From Lingula anatina (taxonomy: Eukaryota; Animalia; Brachiopoda), in assembly GCA_051362555.1 (NCBI GenBank), contig CM120646.1:22196001-22260000 (forward strand): a stretch of DNA of 64,000 bases, in the 5' to 3' direction. A program made the position numbers and the translations under genes. This document shows positions 1 through 25,033 of the stretch, piece by piece (position 1 is the stretch's first letter; every line of letters begins with the position of its first letter). The notes beneath the pieces are model-generated. The model saw nothing but the letters and a program-made list of their open reading frames with translations, made no database searches and was not told the origin of the DNA.

Positions 1-955
1 TACTTTGTGTGGAATAAGTGAATGTGTTGACCTAAGCTCTATTTTTATACCGATGCATACGACTGTACTATTTGTCACTGAGGTCAGGTCAAGCAACGCG
101 ACAACAGCCAGGATGAGGAAGTAGGTGACAGCAAGGGATTTTTAAATTACAAGTAGTTTCATGAAAGGAGTACGTCTATATATATGTGATATAACGAGAA
201 TATCATCTTCAAGTATTGTTCTCGATGAATAATCGACCGGCCTAAGTAGTAGAATTCATGCCTAACTTTTCGTTATTTGTGTCTTGTTTTCAACAGGTAA
301 GGCTTACATTACGTTCAGTTCGTTCATAAAATACGACATGAATATGGAAGCACATTGTACGTATGCATATTTTGATATTAACATAAGCTTTTGTTTGTAA
401 ATGCATGTATCCGTAATTACCACCATTTTCACTAGTTTAATTTAGCATTTGGTGGGATATTTGATTAAGACTTAGTAATACATTTGTACAGGGGGTGACA
501 TTCTCTATAACTGTTGTAACCTTTGTATCAGGCGTGTTTATTCCGATCGTGGGCTTCTTTCTTACGTATACCCCTAAGTCAAGTTGATAAAATTTTGTGG
601 TTTTGCCAATGGACGGTGATTCTTTTACTGTGTACTTAAATGCTGCCTTAAACATGTAACGCCCTGTGCATCTATTGTAGTTGTCATCAAAGTGCAGATA
701 AGAAAATTGAAAATGTAATTGGGAAAGTTTATAACGGTCATAACAGTCAGATGGAATAATGGAGAGGTGCATACGTTCTGAAAAATATTTAAGTTGATTA
801 GATTCATCAACACAGCAGAGATCACGATTAGAAGGAACCTTGCTAACAGGTGCGTGTACTCCTAAGTGAAATTATTATTAATTTTGATAATGACGAATAT
901 TGTTCGAACATTGGATTGTACACTATAATATATTTTCTTCTTTATTTAGAATGAG

Positions 956-11651
<10,696 letters not shown>

Positions 11652-12484
11652 AAATATTGCCTATACAGTTCGTGGCAATTTCCGTTCCAGACATGCTTTT
11701 TATTCCTCCGAGGACTGCATATACTGTCTTAGTGGTGTAGGTATTACACTGCACAGGGTTTACTTACGATGTGCGCGAAGCTACGTACTATATTAATCGG
11801 AAAAAGAAAATATACATTTAACACTATATATCGCTTAATGAAATACATGTACTTCTTTTTATCTTTATTTGGAGTGATTTTATAGGTAATATATATCAAA
11901 GCTATCTTAGATTGGAATTATCGACTTAATTGAATTCAATAGGCTTATTGGTGAAAAAAGTTTGATTTATGACAATTATTTGTCAAAAACAAAGCTCAAA
12001 GAACTTCATGATTTGGTGTTATTGTATATACACTCTTAAGAACAATCGTATGATGATAAAAATGTTTTCTTTTTTAATAATTGTTTGGATGATATAGTAC
12101 AGGAATGACAGAAACGAACAAATGGTAACAGATTATATATAGGCTAAAATTATATATATATATATCACTAAAAAGGCAATTAGTTACCTTGAATGTACAA
12201 ATTAATAGCGCTTGAGTTTGGACAGTTTGGGTTTATTTTATAAATAAGATTAATTTGGTCATATATAGTCGCTGACTTTGAGCATTGAACTTGATATAAT
12301 CCGTGTAGCAGATGAAATAATGAGATTTTTACTTTCAGGGATATTTGATATCGACAACTGCAATAAATCTTGTCTTATTACGAGTCTGTCAATAATAGAT
12401 GGAAAGATAATCCGTGAAATACACACGTTTATATTGATCAATTGATCATACCAAAATATAATTCATTAAATATATGAAACAATT

Positions 12485-12535
12485 TATTATTATTTTTATT
12501 TATTTTTATTTATTTTATTTATTTATTATTTTTAC

Positions 12536-12570
<35 letters not shown>

Positions 12571-12575
12571 TTTTT
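12485..12575. repeat. (ATTT)n-like low-complexity repeat
   Basis: Direct reading. Confidence 0.85.
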
Positions 12576-13785
12576 TGTTCTTTCATAACACCGAATCTGA
12601 AAGAGATCATTTAAGACAAGAGGAATCCAAATTTACAAACCGTTACATTTAATGTTCAACCGACGAAAAATATGTCTCTGATAATGTTAAGATTTCCCCA
12701 TGATCAATGTTGATAAGGTTAATATGAGTGCAACATTTAATTGTTTATAGTCATTTAAAGTGCTAACACATTCATTTTCATGTGTATCTTTGATCAGTGT
12801 AAATTAAAACTACGAATCTGAGCTTTACTTTTGAGAATGGCATATATTCGCCTAATGCCCATTATCTTTACTTCTACTACCCCAGGATAATTAGGATAGA
12901 AATAAGTGCGAACTATTTGAGCAACAAGGTGTAGAGCAGGTGAACCATTGCTATAGATGTGATTGACGACAGCTGGCGCAATGCAGTCCCAACGTTTGAC
13001 GTGTTTTATAACATTAATAGATACACATTATTGAACGTCCACGTCTACCTGTGCGAGGTATAATGTGATGTCAGTTACACTAATTGGAATTTTTCTGCGA
13101 TAACTCACTATGTTATCTCTGTCCATATTAACAACGTTTTGAAATAGGCCATAAATTAACAAACTGTTTTCATAATTGTTCAACGAGCGTTTGCTATTAA
13201 GTCCGCGTTACACTTTATAATGCTGCTAGCTTTTAAAAGTATGAATACAGACCTATTCAACTTAGGGGTATGGCAATGTGCTACCATTGCCTCTATTGAT
13301 CGGTTGATAAAAATAGCACATGTTGCAAAGCGGACTACCTATGAAAGGAGTTGAAATCAGGCCAGGTCCCTTAATATAGGCCAGTGTGGGAAAGGGAAGT
13401 GACTGTATTGACACGGTAAGTACAGATAGCATTGCTGTAACCTAATGCTAACTGTGTGAAAATATTAAACATACGTCTTATAACTTACTTATCTACGTCT
13501 ATATTAGTATTAATACTGAGTATTTAAGTGAGTGTTTTTTAGAATCTGTATAATGTAGAAATGACAAAACCAAATGCAATAAGTGCAACAATCATTGGGT
13601 CATATATTGGCTGTATGAAAGCAAGATAGCACCACTGGGCTTATGTTCACAGGGTTAAAAGTGGGCGACAAATTCGATTTGTCATTGTGTGATGTTTTGC
13701 ACACAAAACACATTACTCTCAATGAGGTTTCCTCCAAGTTGATTAATTTTGTTTGAACCCACGTTTATTTTATTAGAGCAAAGCC

Positions 13786-14574
13786 ATGGATAGGCATTGT
13801 GTCGTCGTCTTACAAATCTTGATCATAGTAGCGGGTGAAGCCGCGTGAAACCTACGGGGGCACTATTACTTGAGGGTCTTGACTGTCGGGATATCATGTG
13901 TCAGCCTGTTTATAGAATAGCTTGCTGCATTATGTTTTATGTTTCTCGCCTTTATTTTTAGCATGATATGTGTATACTATAATATGTAATGGGTTTAATA
14001 TCTCAACGACCCCCCACCCCCTCACCATTCCATAATCTTATAACTTTTCTCGTTATTAAGGACAGGCGAATGAAAGCTTATTGTCTGCTGCAAATTTGAA
14101 ACAATCTTAATTTTTATTATACAGATAGAACACGGAATTCTACAAGCACTCTGTTTTTAAACAGGTTTTATATGTGCCTATAAGTCTTATCTCTTTTAAA
14201 GTGTAAAATGTAAACATGTCTTACTTTTATAAATGTTCAGGAGAATTACAAACAAACATCGTTGGCGGCTCCATTCGTCGGTTATGGAGAGGCTAATGAA
14301 ATACACTACCGCTTTGGCTTATCTGGGACCATAAACCTCATACAGTGGCACCTCACAGATCCTGATCCTAACGTCCTTGTAGCCTCGTCGACAGGACCAG
14401 GGCAGACTACGTACACTGATTCTTTGACCAGTGACCGCGCAACTATGGCCACATCTTCCGTACACCTGACCATACAGAGTCTGATGACATCTGATGTCGG
14501 AGAGAATATCCGATGTGTTTGATGAAAGTTATTTCTCATTTTTACAGAAGCGGAATATACTTTAGCAATGCTTG
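13786..14574 (+). pseudogene. Degenerate IgV receptor fragment (signal exon plus broken V-set exon); locus B
   Basis: Signal-like exon 13786-13834 (MDRHCVVVLQILIIVA, phase-1 donor). Exon 14241-14574 has V-set remnants (LIQWH, LTIQSLMTSDVG, RC) but the B-strand Cys is replaced by Tyr, its frame is incompatible with the phase-1 junction, and TGA TGA stops follow the F-strand Cys. Donor g|gtgagt at 14574. Confidence 0.62.
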
Positions 14575-14763
14575 GTGAGTACTTTTAGCACAGCACATTG
14601 AATAAGGTCTTGAGTAACAAGGTAAAATTAAAAAAGGACGCGGAAGTAAATTGTGTCACACATTGAACACCAGGGACATTGCACACACAGCTTAATCAGT
14701 TAGTTAAATAGTGATTAAATAAAATATTGATTATTAAGTAATGCGGAAATGTACTCGCTTTAC

Positions 14764-14767
<4 letters not shown>

Positions 14768-14803
<36 letters not shown>

Positions 14804-14811
14804 GTGTGTGT

Positions 14812-14858
<47 letters not shown>

Positions 14859-14920
14859 TGTATGTTTGTATGTGTGTGTGTGTGTGTGTATATGTGTGTT
14901 TATGTGTGTATGTGTGTGTA

Positions 14921-14980
<60 letters not shown>

Positions 14981-15004
14981 TGTGTGTGTGTGTATGTGTG
15001 TGTG
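14768..15004. repeat. Compound (TC)n-(TG)n microsatellite
   Basis: Direct reading; explains the spurious CVCV/THTH ORFs. Confidence 0.95.
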
Positions 15005-15214
15005 ACGGGGTGCATTTGAATATATTAAGTGTCGCTATTTGTCGATTGGATCACTTTCTGAATGTATGAAATAAAGACAGAAAGAAAGAAGACAGGAAAA
15101 TACGATGAAATGAAAATAATACCGGCTGTGTGTATCTAAACGAGTGAGGGAGATGTGCCTGTGCTCAGCTGATGTTGCTATTGTCGTTTCAGTAATACGT
15201 TTGCGACAAGCAAT

Positions 15215-18200
15215 ATGGCTTTGAAAGAAGTACTACTTCTAGTCGTTGTAGGAATCGCATATATTCCCTTACACATTGTGACAGGTATAGTGTTTACTAA
15301 TTATTATTTTAGGTATTGAAATAACACAACTGCTAACACAGTTTCTCGCAGTTTTCTTCTTTATCGATTTAAATCTGTGTATGGCGGTGGGAATATAACT
15401 TTATTGATGTTTAAAGATTTCCAAATGAACCAAAATAATTACTTGAATTTCCCCAGTCTTACTTAATTACTTCAAGTAAGTTGTTTTCAAATGTCATAAT
15501 AATTAATAGCTAATTGGCCCATGTACAATTATTATATCTGACAACAACTCCTTCAATGTTAGGACGCACAGCAAAATGTTAATGGTGTAAATTAATGCCG
15601 AATATGATGAGAGACGGTCATAGTTATACAGGTACATGTTATCAGTGAATGAAAGGCACATATATTGCACTGTACGAAAGTTTTCTGAAACATCATATTG
15701 ACTTCATTTGCACAGGTGCTAATATAGATGTTGGGCCTTCCACAGCTGTCATTGCTTCAGTAGGAACATCAGTTTCCATGTGGTGTAAAGTGAATACAGT
15801 GACTACTGGATGGTACACGCAGTGGGTGAGGGGGGCGAATAATAATCCTTCCCTACTCACAGAAGGTTGTATATCTGTTGATGCAGCTAAGTACAGTGTT
15901 AACCCATGTGATCAGACCAACCACAACTTTACACTCGTTATATCCAATGTGCAGTTCTCGGATGGTGGGGGATATGCATGTGGCCACAGTGGCATGAGCA
16001 GTGACTGGGTCATTGTGTCAGTGATTGGTAGGCGTCTTGTGTCATTAAAGTTATCAGTCATCCAGAAAAAAATGCCTGAATGGTTTTCCTATAATTAATT
16101 TCGCCTGTATAGCCGGTACTCACAATAGTACGTACAAGTAGCTGACATTCTTAAATATGTACATGGTATCCGCAAAGTGTTTTTCGTTTACAGTCCATAA
16201 ACGTAACATCCTAGCTTTGCATTCTGTTCTTCAATAAGAAATACATCAGCAAGGTACAAAAAGAGGCAGAATGTCAAGAATTATTTATATATTTGTCTTT
16301 CAAATGCCATCATATGTTAGCCCGAAAAGCAATACGTAATTTTATATTTTTAAAGAAATCCTGATATCCTGCCACGTATGTCACATGCTTTCAAATTATT
16401 TTGCACCATACGAAAGGTCGTGATTTCAGTTTTTAACCCTGTCAATGCTAGCTGCTCCACGAGGAACTCGTCTCCTCAATGCCACAGCAGACCTCGAGGT
16501 GAGAGCCCAGCAGGACACCACGTTTATGTGTGAGACCAAGGCGTATCCAGCAGCAACTGTTACCTGGGAGATAGATGGCACAGCAGTGACATCTGGTGTT
16601 ACACACATTAATTCAGCAAGGGACGTCACCACGCAGCTTATTACAACTACAAGTACCCTGAAGTACATGTTTCAAAAGACCCAGGGTTCAAAGACTGTCA
16701 CCTGTAAGGCCAGTAATAGTGCTTCTGGATCGACTCCTGCAGTGGCCTCTGTGAATGTGGATATAATTTGTAAGTAATGCCAATTATGAAGTGACTATAA
16801 ATAGGAGTACGTTGTGCTTCTTTTAAACGGTTGCTATAATTTATATAGTAAAATGAAAGAAATCAAAATGAAAATGTCACTGTACATTATAATTATTTAG
16901 GTAAGAACAGACACGCATTGCATTACAGGTAAAATATTCAGTTTCAAATATATTTATTTAACAAGTTTTATTTATTTAACAAGTTGACAATTTCATTTTC
17001 GACTCACACATAAAAACATAACCCTGTATTTTTCTGTTGAAAAAAAACTTATATCTACATGTGAAAAACAATTATTAAAAGACAATTACGGTTGTATTCA
17101 ATAACTGTTATTTACCAAAACACTTGCATCTTGTATGCAGACCCATCTCCAGTCCAACAGCAAGCGGGCGTGATAGTTGGCATTGTGGTTGCTGTACTCG
17201 TGTTGCTCATATTGGCCGTGATAACTGCAATTGTTACTCGTCGCTTCAGAAAGTCGAAAAGTGGAAGACGTTAGTTTTATTTTCTTTTGTCAATTCTGTA
17301 TAAATAAAATATTTTAGTTAAAGAACAAGCGACAGCTTGAGAATATATTGTACTGCAAGATGTCTCAGTTCAGAAAACATTGAAAAAAGCGTCTTATCAC
17401 ATAACTAGAATGGAAGTTGTGTAAGAATTCATGAAAATATTCATCACGTAAAATACATTTTGACACTTCTAATTTATTACAAACCATTTAGATGTACCTA
17501 ACCGAGAGACAGCAGCAACAGGTGGGATAACTGAGATGAAGAACCTAAACTCGCAACCCCGAGGGGTGAGTGGAATGTGAGCTGTAGTGTTTGAAAACAA
17601 GATTGTGTTGTGTGTCTCCGTTGTAAGACTGCGTTTCTACAGTCAATGCCAGTGTTTAGATGTTGGTATGGCTGTCAGACTGTTGTAGACATTGGTGATT
17701 TCATAACACCGAACGTGTTTTCGTTCTTTAACATATGTTTGTGATTATATTTTCTTCCTTGAGTATCTGCTGCAAATATGCCACAAGCTGTTCATTTTTC
17801 TTAAGGTTAATGGCTATCCATTTCCACCTCTCCTATATTTAAAACTGTTTGACAAAGTGGTAAGGCCAATACTCCTCTATGGCTGTGAAGTTTGGGCCCA
17901 AGAAATATTCAAAGAAAAGAAAATGACCCTGAACAAAATTAACCAAATGCCTTTTGAGCAAGCACATTTGAGAATGTGCAAATGGGCACTGGGTTTGAGT
18001 AAACACGCCAGCAACAATGCCAGTCGCGCAGAGCTCGGTCGTTATCCTTTATATTCTAACATTGTTAAACAGGTACAACGATACTGCCAAAGATTTGGAA
18101 ATCTACCAAATAACAGAATAGTTAAACTCACCCATGATGCAGAACTGACAATAGGGGAAAAAGGTTGGCCAGGAGCGATTAATACTATGTTAACAACTTG

Positions 18201-19167
18201 GAATCTTCACAGTGAAAATGTCCCAGGGGTTCAGCAAATCCAAACACATTGCAATATTGAGGAAAAAATCAATGCTAAAATTGAAAAAATGTTCTGGGAA
18301 GAGTTAACTGATCCTCAAAGCACCAAGTTAAAAACTTATAGTCTGATAAAAAAGTCCTACAAAATTGAAAAGTACCTGCTAACTAATGCCCCTCAGTCAT
18401 TAAAAAGGGAAGTGGCTAAAATTAGAGTCAGTGATCATATTCTGGAAATGGAAAGAGGACGCTACACCAGACCTAAAACACCACGCGAGGAACGATTCTG
18501 TCCCCACTGTCCTGCAATCGAGGACGAAGTGCACTTCCTACTAGAATGTAGACACCATGTAAAAGAGAGGGAGGGCACGTTAAAACAATTCCCTAAATGT
18601 GACATGCATCACCTAGCAAGCAGTGACGAGAAGGTTAAAATCATACTAAGCCCAGAAAATGAGAAAGAATTGTACGCTGTTGGTAAATACATTCATAGGG
18701 CAATTTCCAAAAGAAATGAGCATCTGCCACACTGAAGTAGCCTCATCCTGCTATATATTATATGAACCATAAGTATGGCACATTAGATACATATAGCTAT
18801 TAGCCTATCAAAGAAAATGTGTGTTCCCTCAGTGTATTGAACTATTTACAATTGTAATAAGTATTTTAAACAACGTATACACTGTAATTAATAATCTTAA
18901 ACACTGTATTAGTATTAGTAGTAATCCATAGTGATGTATAACTATTTATTTATTTATATATTTGTAGTATAGAGGGCTAACAAATGTAACTGCCACATTT
19001 AATGCTCGAATAAATTATTATTATTATTATTTCCGTGCTTTTAGCAATCAACCATAATTTTTCAGAGGCCCCCGGCCACGGAAAGCAGTATCTATGAAGT
19101 TCCTGATCATCAAGCAAATCAAACACCAATCTACACAGACCTACAGCCCCATAATGCCTTGCGATGA
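15215..19167 (+). CDS. IgV-IgC2-TM receptor with a two-tyrosine cytoplasmic tail; locus C
   Basis: Exons 15215-15284 (signal MALKEVLLLVVVGIAY), 15716-16027 (V-set, C...W...DGGGYAC plus an extra Cys pair), 16452-16769 (C2-set), 17141-17269 (TM GVIVGIVVAVLVLLILAVITAIV), 17492-17565, 19066-19167 (RPPATESSIYEVPDHQANQTPIYTDLQPHNALR*). All phases are compatible. Confidence 0.86.
17826..19028 (+). mobile_element. 5'-truncated non-LTR retrotransposon (LINE, probably RTE-X-like) in the last intron of locus C
   Basis: Open frame to 18735 (KLFDKVVRPILLYGCEVW, ELGRYPL, RFCPHC..EDEVHFLLEC), typical of the post-RT C-terminus of invertebrate LINE ORF2. The 3' end has AATAAA plus a (TTA)n tail at ~19009-19030. 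Candidate target-site duplication ATTTCC at 17820-17825 and 19029-19034. Confidence 0.85.
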
Positions 19168-21521
19168 GTCCTGACAAGAAATATCGAAAGCGGTAGTGAA
19201 CATTATTCAAGCGTGTGAATATCGTTTTCTTTTTCCCATGACATCCCGACATAATAAATACCAGCAGACTTCCTTTGCTAGATGAAAATCGGTAAAACTT
19301 CGAATATGTAGAATCTGTCCACTTTCATTAAGATTGCAATTTTATTGCCAATAACTATAGGTAGAATTTTTTTTTACAAAAAGTGTATATAATCCTATTG
19401 TAAAATCTTGCATGAAAATTTGACACTATTGTACATAAAATCCTATTGGTACACCATTATAATAAATATAAATATTCATTATATTCAATATTCATTATAA
19501 ATACTGAATGTGCACATGAAATAAGAACATACCCCATCTAATATCTGTGTACATAAAATGCACCAGATGTTCAGTGTATCACCAAATGTGCCAATAGCAT
19601 TTTCGAGGTTGCGTATTCTGAGATCGGGTATCATGTGCGTTTTCATGTTGAGTGATATCAGTGCATGTCATTCTATTTTTTTTAGACTAAACTTGATAGT
19701 TTTTATGAAGTCATTGTCTTGGATTTTTAGTGTAGGTTATATATACTAGTATATATTTGTAGGTTAGAGCTGTACAGGGTAGTAAACACCCTGACACTAA
19801 GAATACAGACAACTCATTGCGACAGCTATCTAGGTGTCATTGTGACAGCTATCTCACCTAACACAATGCTAGCGTGTAGGTCCATTTGGATTGAGGCTGT
19901 GAAGAGAGAATCGTAGCTCGTATTTCGCGCATATGTACAGGTTATATTAATTCACTTTTTTCGTTAGGAGAAAGAAATAATTTTGTATTCTGTTTGTATT
20001 GTATTTTGTTTGTAGAATATACATGGATTTTAGACTCCAAATGAATAAATGTATTATTTTTACTATTATTATTATTATTATCATTATTATTATTAAAAAG
20101 ACAATACAATAGTGAGCGATTAAAACCCAGTATTCAAAGCCAATCATTTTCTCCCCTGTAGACATATGGTGTCTTCGTTTCTTTATTCTGTCTATCTGCA
20201 AGCTAAATGATATGAAGCCCTTTAGTTAAGCCTGCAGTGAGCAGTGTCGTGGGAAAGAGAGGTTTGGTGTTATGTGATAAGACATACGATAACCTTAGCT
20301 CAAGAAATAGTTGCGCTTTATAAGGAACTTACTTGCTTTGAGTCACTTCTATGATACATATGGTTGAGTAAATATGGAAGATAAGAGAAATATTATGAAC
20401 GTGTGTGTTTATATATACCTGTATGTGTGCTTGAGAGAGAGAGAGAGAGACGAGCAAGGGATGAAGGAGGAAGATGAATGATAGTGTCACGTACATGTAT
20501 TACACATCCAGACAGTTGGAGGAAGATATAATATGTCTTATTCTGTATTAAACTTGTAAATACACTTTATTCGTGTCAGTAAAATACAGAAGATTTGAGT
20601 GTAAATGCACAACCCACACAAATGTTAGCGCCTTCAAGTTTTTCATTCTCTCGTTTCAATGACCACAAACTTCCATATGGGACTGTGCTGCAGTATAACT
20701 AAGCAAGGCTTCTCATCTCATTAATGTAGATAACCAAATCATATTTCCCCAATTCTATAACTTTCTATTAAACAATATTTTTACAAGTCATTTTAATTAA
20801 CATTAACACAGCTGCGAAAAAAAGACTATAAAATTCTGTGTGTAAATTTTCTTTAGAGACAATGGGTTTATCTGTATCTGTACTTTAATCAATAATGTCA
20901 TATAAATTGACAAAATGATATATACCGGTAATCTATTAATTGCTTTGATTGAGTATTGGGAATCTGCATTAATATCTATAGATTTCCTATAGAGAATATG
21001 CACACAGGATGAAAATCGTACTGGTATCGACGGTAAAAATGTTTGCAACTTGCCTCTGATAATCAGATAGAAATTCATATACATTTTATCGTCTCAAAAA
21101 CAGAAGGTTGTATAACGTTAAAAAAGTCAAGTGTAACTATAAAGTATATATTCTATTATACAAGCATGGATTATGTATACAAAATTACCATTAAAAAGAT
21201 AGTATACCTTAAGTTCAGCTGTAACATTTTGCGCTCATTAATAATAAGAAGCGTCTGTTTAAATAATATGCATACACAAGCTCAGCCGAGAAATTTAAAA
21301 TAGGTGAAGTAAAACAACATATACTAACATAAAAAAATAGACAATATACTAATATTATCCGCGAAGAAAGCGTTTTAAATGCCACATTTCGCTACACTAA
21401 AAACAAGTAGGTATATACGTAAGGGTCACACAGCTGCAGTGATAAATAATTAACACATTCATGATGCAACAACTAAATGTAAATTGGATAAAAGTAAAAC
21501 TCCTTTTATATTATACGTTTA

Positions 21522-21777
21522 CTAACCGACAAGAAGTTCCAACATTTCTTTTTTTTTTTTTTCATTATCCGCCTTTAACAATTTTTGCTTTTTATCTACA
21601 TTTTCCTTACTTGAAACGGAAACTTTAGTCGGAGACCGGCGGGTCTTACTTGTTAAAGTCAATCGTTCCGTATCTAACGGCGTCATTGGTCCGGATGATG
21701 TCGTCTTGTTTGCCCCTGGTCGAGGTGAGTCTTGAAAACGTGAGGTCAGCTTAGACCGCGCCGTCTGGACCGACTGC
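21522..21777 (-). CDS. Candidate alternative terminal cytoplasmic exon of locus D (Ser/Thr/Lys/Arg-rich tail)
   Basis: Acceptor ctttgtgttacgcag| followed by an open phase-2 exon (QSVQTARSKLTSRFQDSPRP...EMLELLVG*). The phase matches the donor at 23837 and an internal donor overlapping the stop codon at 23400. GC-richer than its flanks. Confidence 0.45.
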
Positions 21778-22199
21778 CTGCGTAACACAAAGTTAAAAAG
21801 GTTGTCATTGTGATTTTAATATTCAAGTTTAAACTTAAAAGGCACGACGAAACAAGAAAGAAATAATGCAGTCAGAAATTAATGCAGATAGATATACCGA
21901 CAACCAGTCACTATGTGTGTATTGAATGATTAATCGACACGTTTAACAGCATGAAGAAAAGACACTTTACGATCGAAATATTCCACATGTTGTTAATGTT
22001 AATGGGCAACAGAGACCTATAGCACAGTTATACATGGTACAGTAATATTTAATAAACACTACATAATGATACCGGTACATTTCATGTGATCAAGAAATGT
22101 GCAGGATGATCTGATGGTGTGCACGAGCAAGTGCGAAGTAAAACCTCCACAGGAAGAAATTGCAACGTTCATTCTGCTTACCATAGGGGTGAACAAAAA

Positions 22200-22437
22200 C
22201 AGTGGCGGATTTAGGGGGGGTGTCAGGGGAGTCCCGACCCCCTTTCGATTTCTGAAAAAAAATCACACCAATAGTCCCCTCTTGAAATTAGAATTTTGAT
22301 AAGTTGAATCAACGAAATAGCACCGCTTGCCCTCTAAAATACCAAAAAACAACTTGGGGCCTTCAGGCCCCGAACCCCACGCCAAGAGTGGTGGGGAGGT
22401 GTAAATGTTGGTTTCAAATAATCCTGAATCCGCCCTG
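22200..22437. mobile_element. MITE (non-autonomous DNA transposon)
   Basis: Imperfect terminal inverted repeats cagtggcggatttagg ... cctgaatccgccctg; caaaaa on both flanks. Confidence 0.65.
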
Positions 22438-23396
22438 CAAAAAGACGTATATTTATATGATGATGTCCACCTTTCTACACGTATATCTTTAGATCTCTCC
22501 TGTCAAATGTGTTTAGCAGCACTTACTTAATTGATAAGATATGTCGGAATCCCTGTCACACTTAAGGAGTGATAAAGATATAAAACCGATTGTTTGTGTT
22601 TGGTTTATCTATATTCACATTTTATTAGATCTGTTTAAATAAACTGATGCTCTAATTCAAGCAGAATGCACTCAACGGTTGTTGACAAGTTTTGGAAATA
22701 GCCTAATTTTGAGTTGTAAAATACACCAAGGCGTAACCATGATATACAGCGAAAAAATATACATGTATAAAATATATGGTAAGTCTTCATAGATTAAAAT
22801 AAGTAAAGGAACTGTGTTGGAGAAAACTGTGAAACTCAGCAGCCTTTACTTTTTTATGGATACACTCACATGGAAAATGTTTCAAGTAATGTTCAAGTGG
22901 GCAAGTTCATGCAAAATGCAGTACCTATTGTGCTGTACGATGCACTGGCCAGTATCGGTGAATTAAAGGCCTTACACATGAACACGTCACTTAATGTTTA
23001 CCCTCTTTAATATACTCTACAAATCAATTTGATTTTAAAAGGCCATGTCAAACAGCTGACGACGGTACAGTATTAGACACCTTATCGCACAGAATACGAC
23101 CTTTGGGTCAGCTAAGGTCGTGTAAATGTAACATCTGTACACTCTTCAGGTGTGAACTTTTGATACACGCACCATGGAAACAACCGGCTATGTCTTCATG
23201 TAGCTGACACGATAATATATTTCCAGTCTTGGATGCATCCGCGTAATACTAGTCCATGTGTTGAATGCAAAGGCAATTAACAGAGGCAATTCTGTGGAAA
23301 AAAAATGAAAAAAATAACACACCCCACTAGTTGATCATATATGAACCATTGCTGTCAAAGTAGACATGACGTTTTTTTTTTTACCTTTACTGTACT

Positions 23397-24979
23397 TTAC
23401 TCCGTGACGTCAGAATCGGGTCCTCTGCTGGAGTGGTTTTCGTTGGAGGTTTCTAGGGCTGGGTTGGACACTCCATTTGACCCTACATGCCTGGTATCAG
23501 CAACCAGGGAACTACAACGTAGAAAATAATGTCTCGTCCATTGTTTTCACGTAGTAGAATTAAAAACATAAGCATTTCTCATATACAGACTTTTCAATAA
23601 GCTGCAGTATTATAAGGATCAAAGTAATGTAACCCTCAAAACTTTATTTCTATTTCTATTAGTTTTCTTTTCTGATTTCTTGGTTAAAAAAGCTGTTGCA
23701 AACTTGAAAAGGAGTATACTGTGACTTTTTTCTTTTTTGATAAAGACATTTATGCAAGGATAACTACTGTATTTAGTCACTTTATATTAAGTTAATTGAC
23801 AAAAAATTAATTATTACTTAATATTCAGACACTTACTTTCGAAGTCCCCTTAACTCCATCCTTGCATCTGAAAATTCATTAGAACATAAATGGAACATAT
23901 ATGGTAAATGTGTTTTTTTTTTTGGACTAGTTACAGCTGACCATATTTATCTTAATTTCCTAGCCTGTACGAGATAATTTCATCGTTAGTGTTTTGTATT
24001 TGTTTGTGGGAATAAAACGCTAATTTTTTTCTTTTATCGACAGCGATTATTAAACTTGTTGTTTACCTCCAAACGCTAGATGGTTTTCAAGGGCACCTTT
24101 ATCTTGAATAGCCATCGGAGGAAAACAGTAAGCCTGTTAATAAATTGTTTAATGTATATTGTTTGTTAATGCTAGTTCCCCCCCCCCAAAAAAAAAAACA
24201 CATACCGCTTGCTTTCTGTCTTCTTTTTAGATAAATCCCCCCTGCAATGATGGCAATCATTACCAACGCAGCTCCGACACTTAATGCGATGATGATAGTG
24301 GTCGTTTGATCGGGGTGCTCTGTTGGCTGTACAGCTGGAATTTTATAAACGTGTTTTATTTTAAAGTGTGCATTAATCTTAAAAGACATCAACGGTCATT
24401 ATCTATGTAAACAGAGACAAAGCGTCTGATCCAATATCCTTGACTTAACGCAGTTTCGCCTTCTCAAACCCCTTGTAAAACCTGTAGCAGTCAGTTATAT
24501 ATGCAAGAAATAAATAAGCAAAATCGAGTGAAAGCACATAAATGTATTTTGTGTGTATCTCTTTCTATTGAGATCAGTTTCCACTGAATACCTTTCAAGA
24601 TTTATATTTGGAAAGCATCACATTTAAACCTTTGATGGTCCTGTATATTATGCTGACATGAAATGATATACATGTATGTATACTCACTACTTTGTGTTCT
24701 CTTCTGAGATTCCACCACAACATCTTCACCTTGGTATATAAGTAAGCGAAACTCGTAGTCAAATGAGGGGTTAATCGAGAACTTCGTCGACAGTGACGTT
24801 TTATCAGAGACTTCGTGGACTCTGCATTCTTGTGGGTTTGCTCCAACTACACAGTATTCTATAGCTAGTGAAGAATATTCCCCTGTAGGAAGTTTCCATG
24901 TCAGTGTCACTGATGAACCAGAAATCTCCACTGTCAATGATGTCTCTTCAAATACAGGTTTTTCTTAAACAACAAAATA

Positions 24980-25033
<54 letters not shown>

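Noticed and set aside
437-825. Minus-strand ORFs of 111 and 66 aa
   Set aside because: No recognisable domain or splice context; they lie in the probable first intron of the RTK.
14734-15069. THTH/CVCV repeat ORFs, and similar YIYI/NNN/YYY ORFs at 10455, 40187, 40718, 47992, 52700 and 59883
   Set aside because: Translations of microsatellites.
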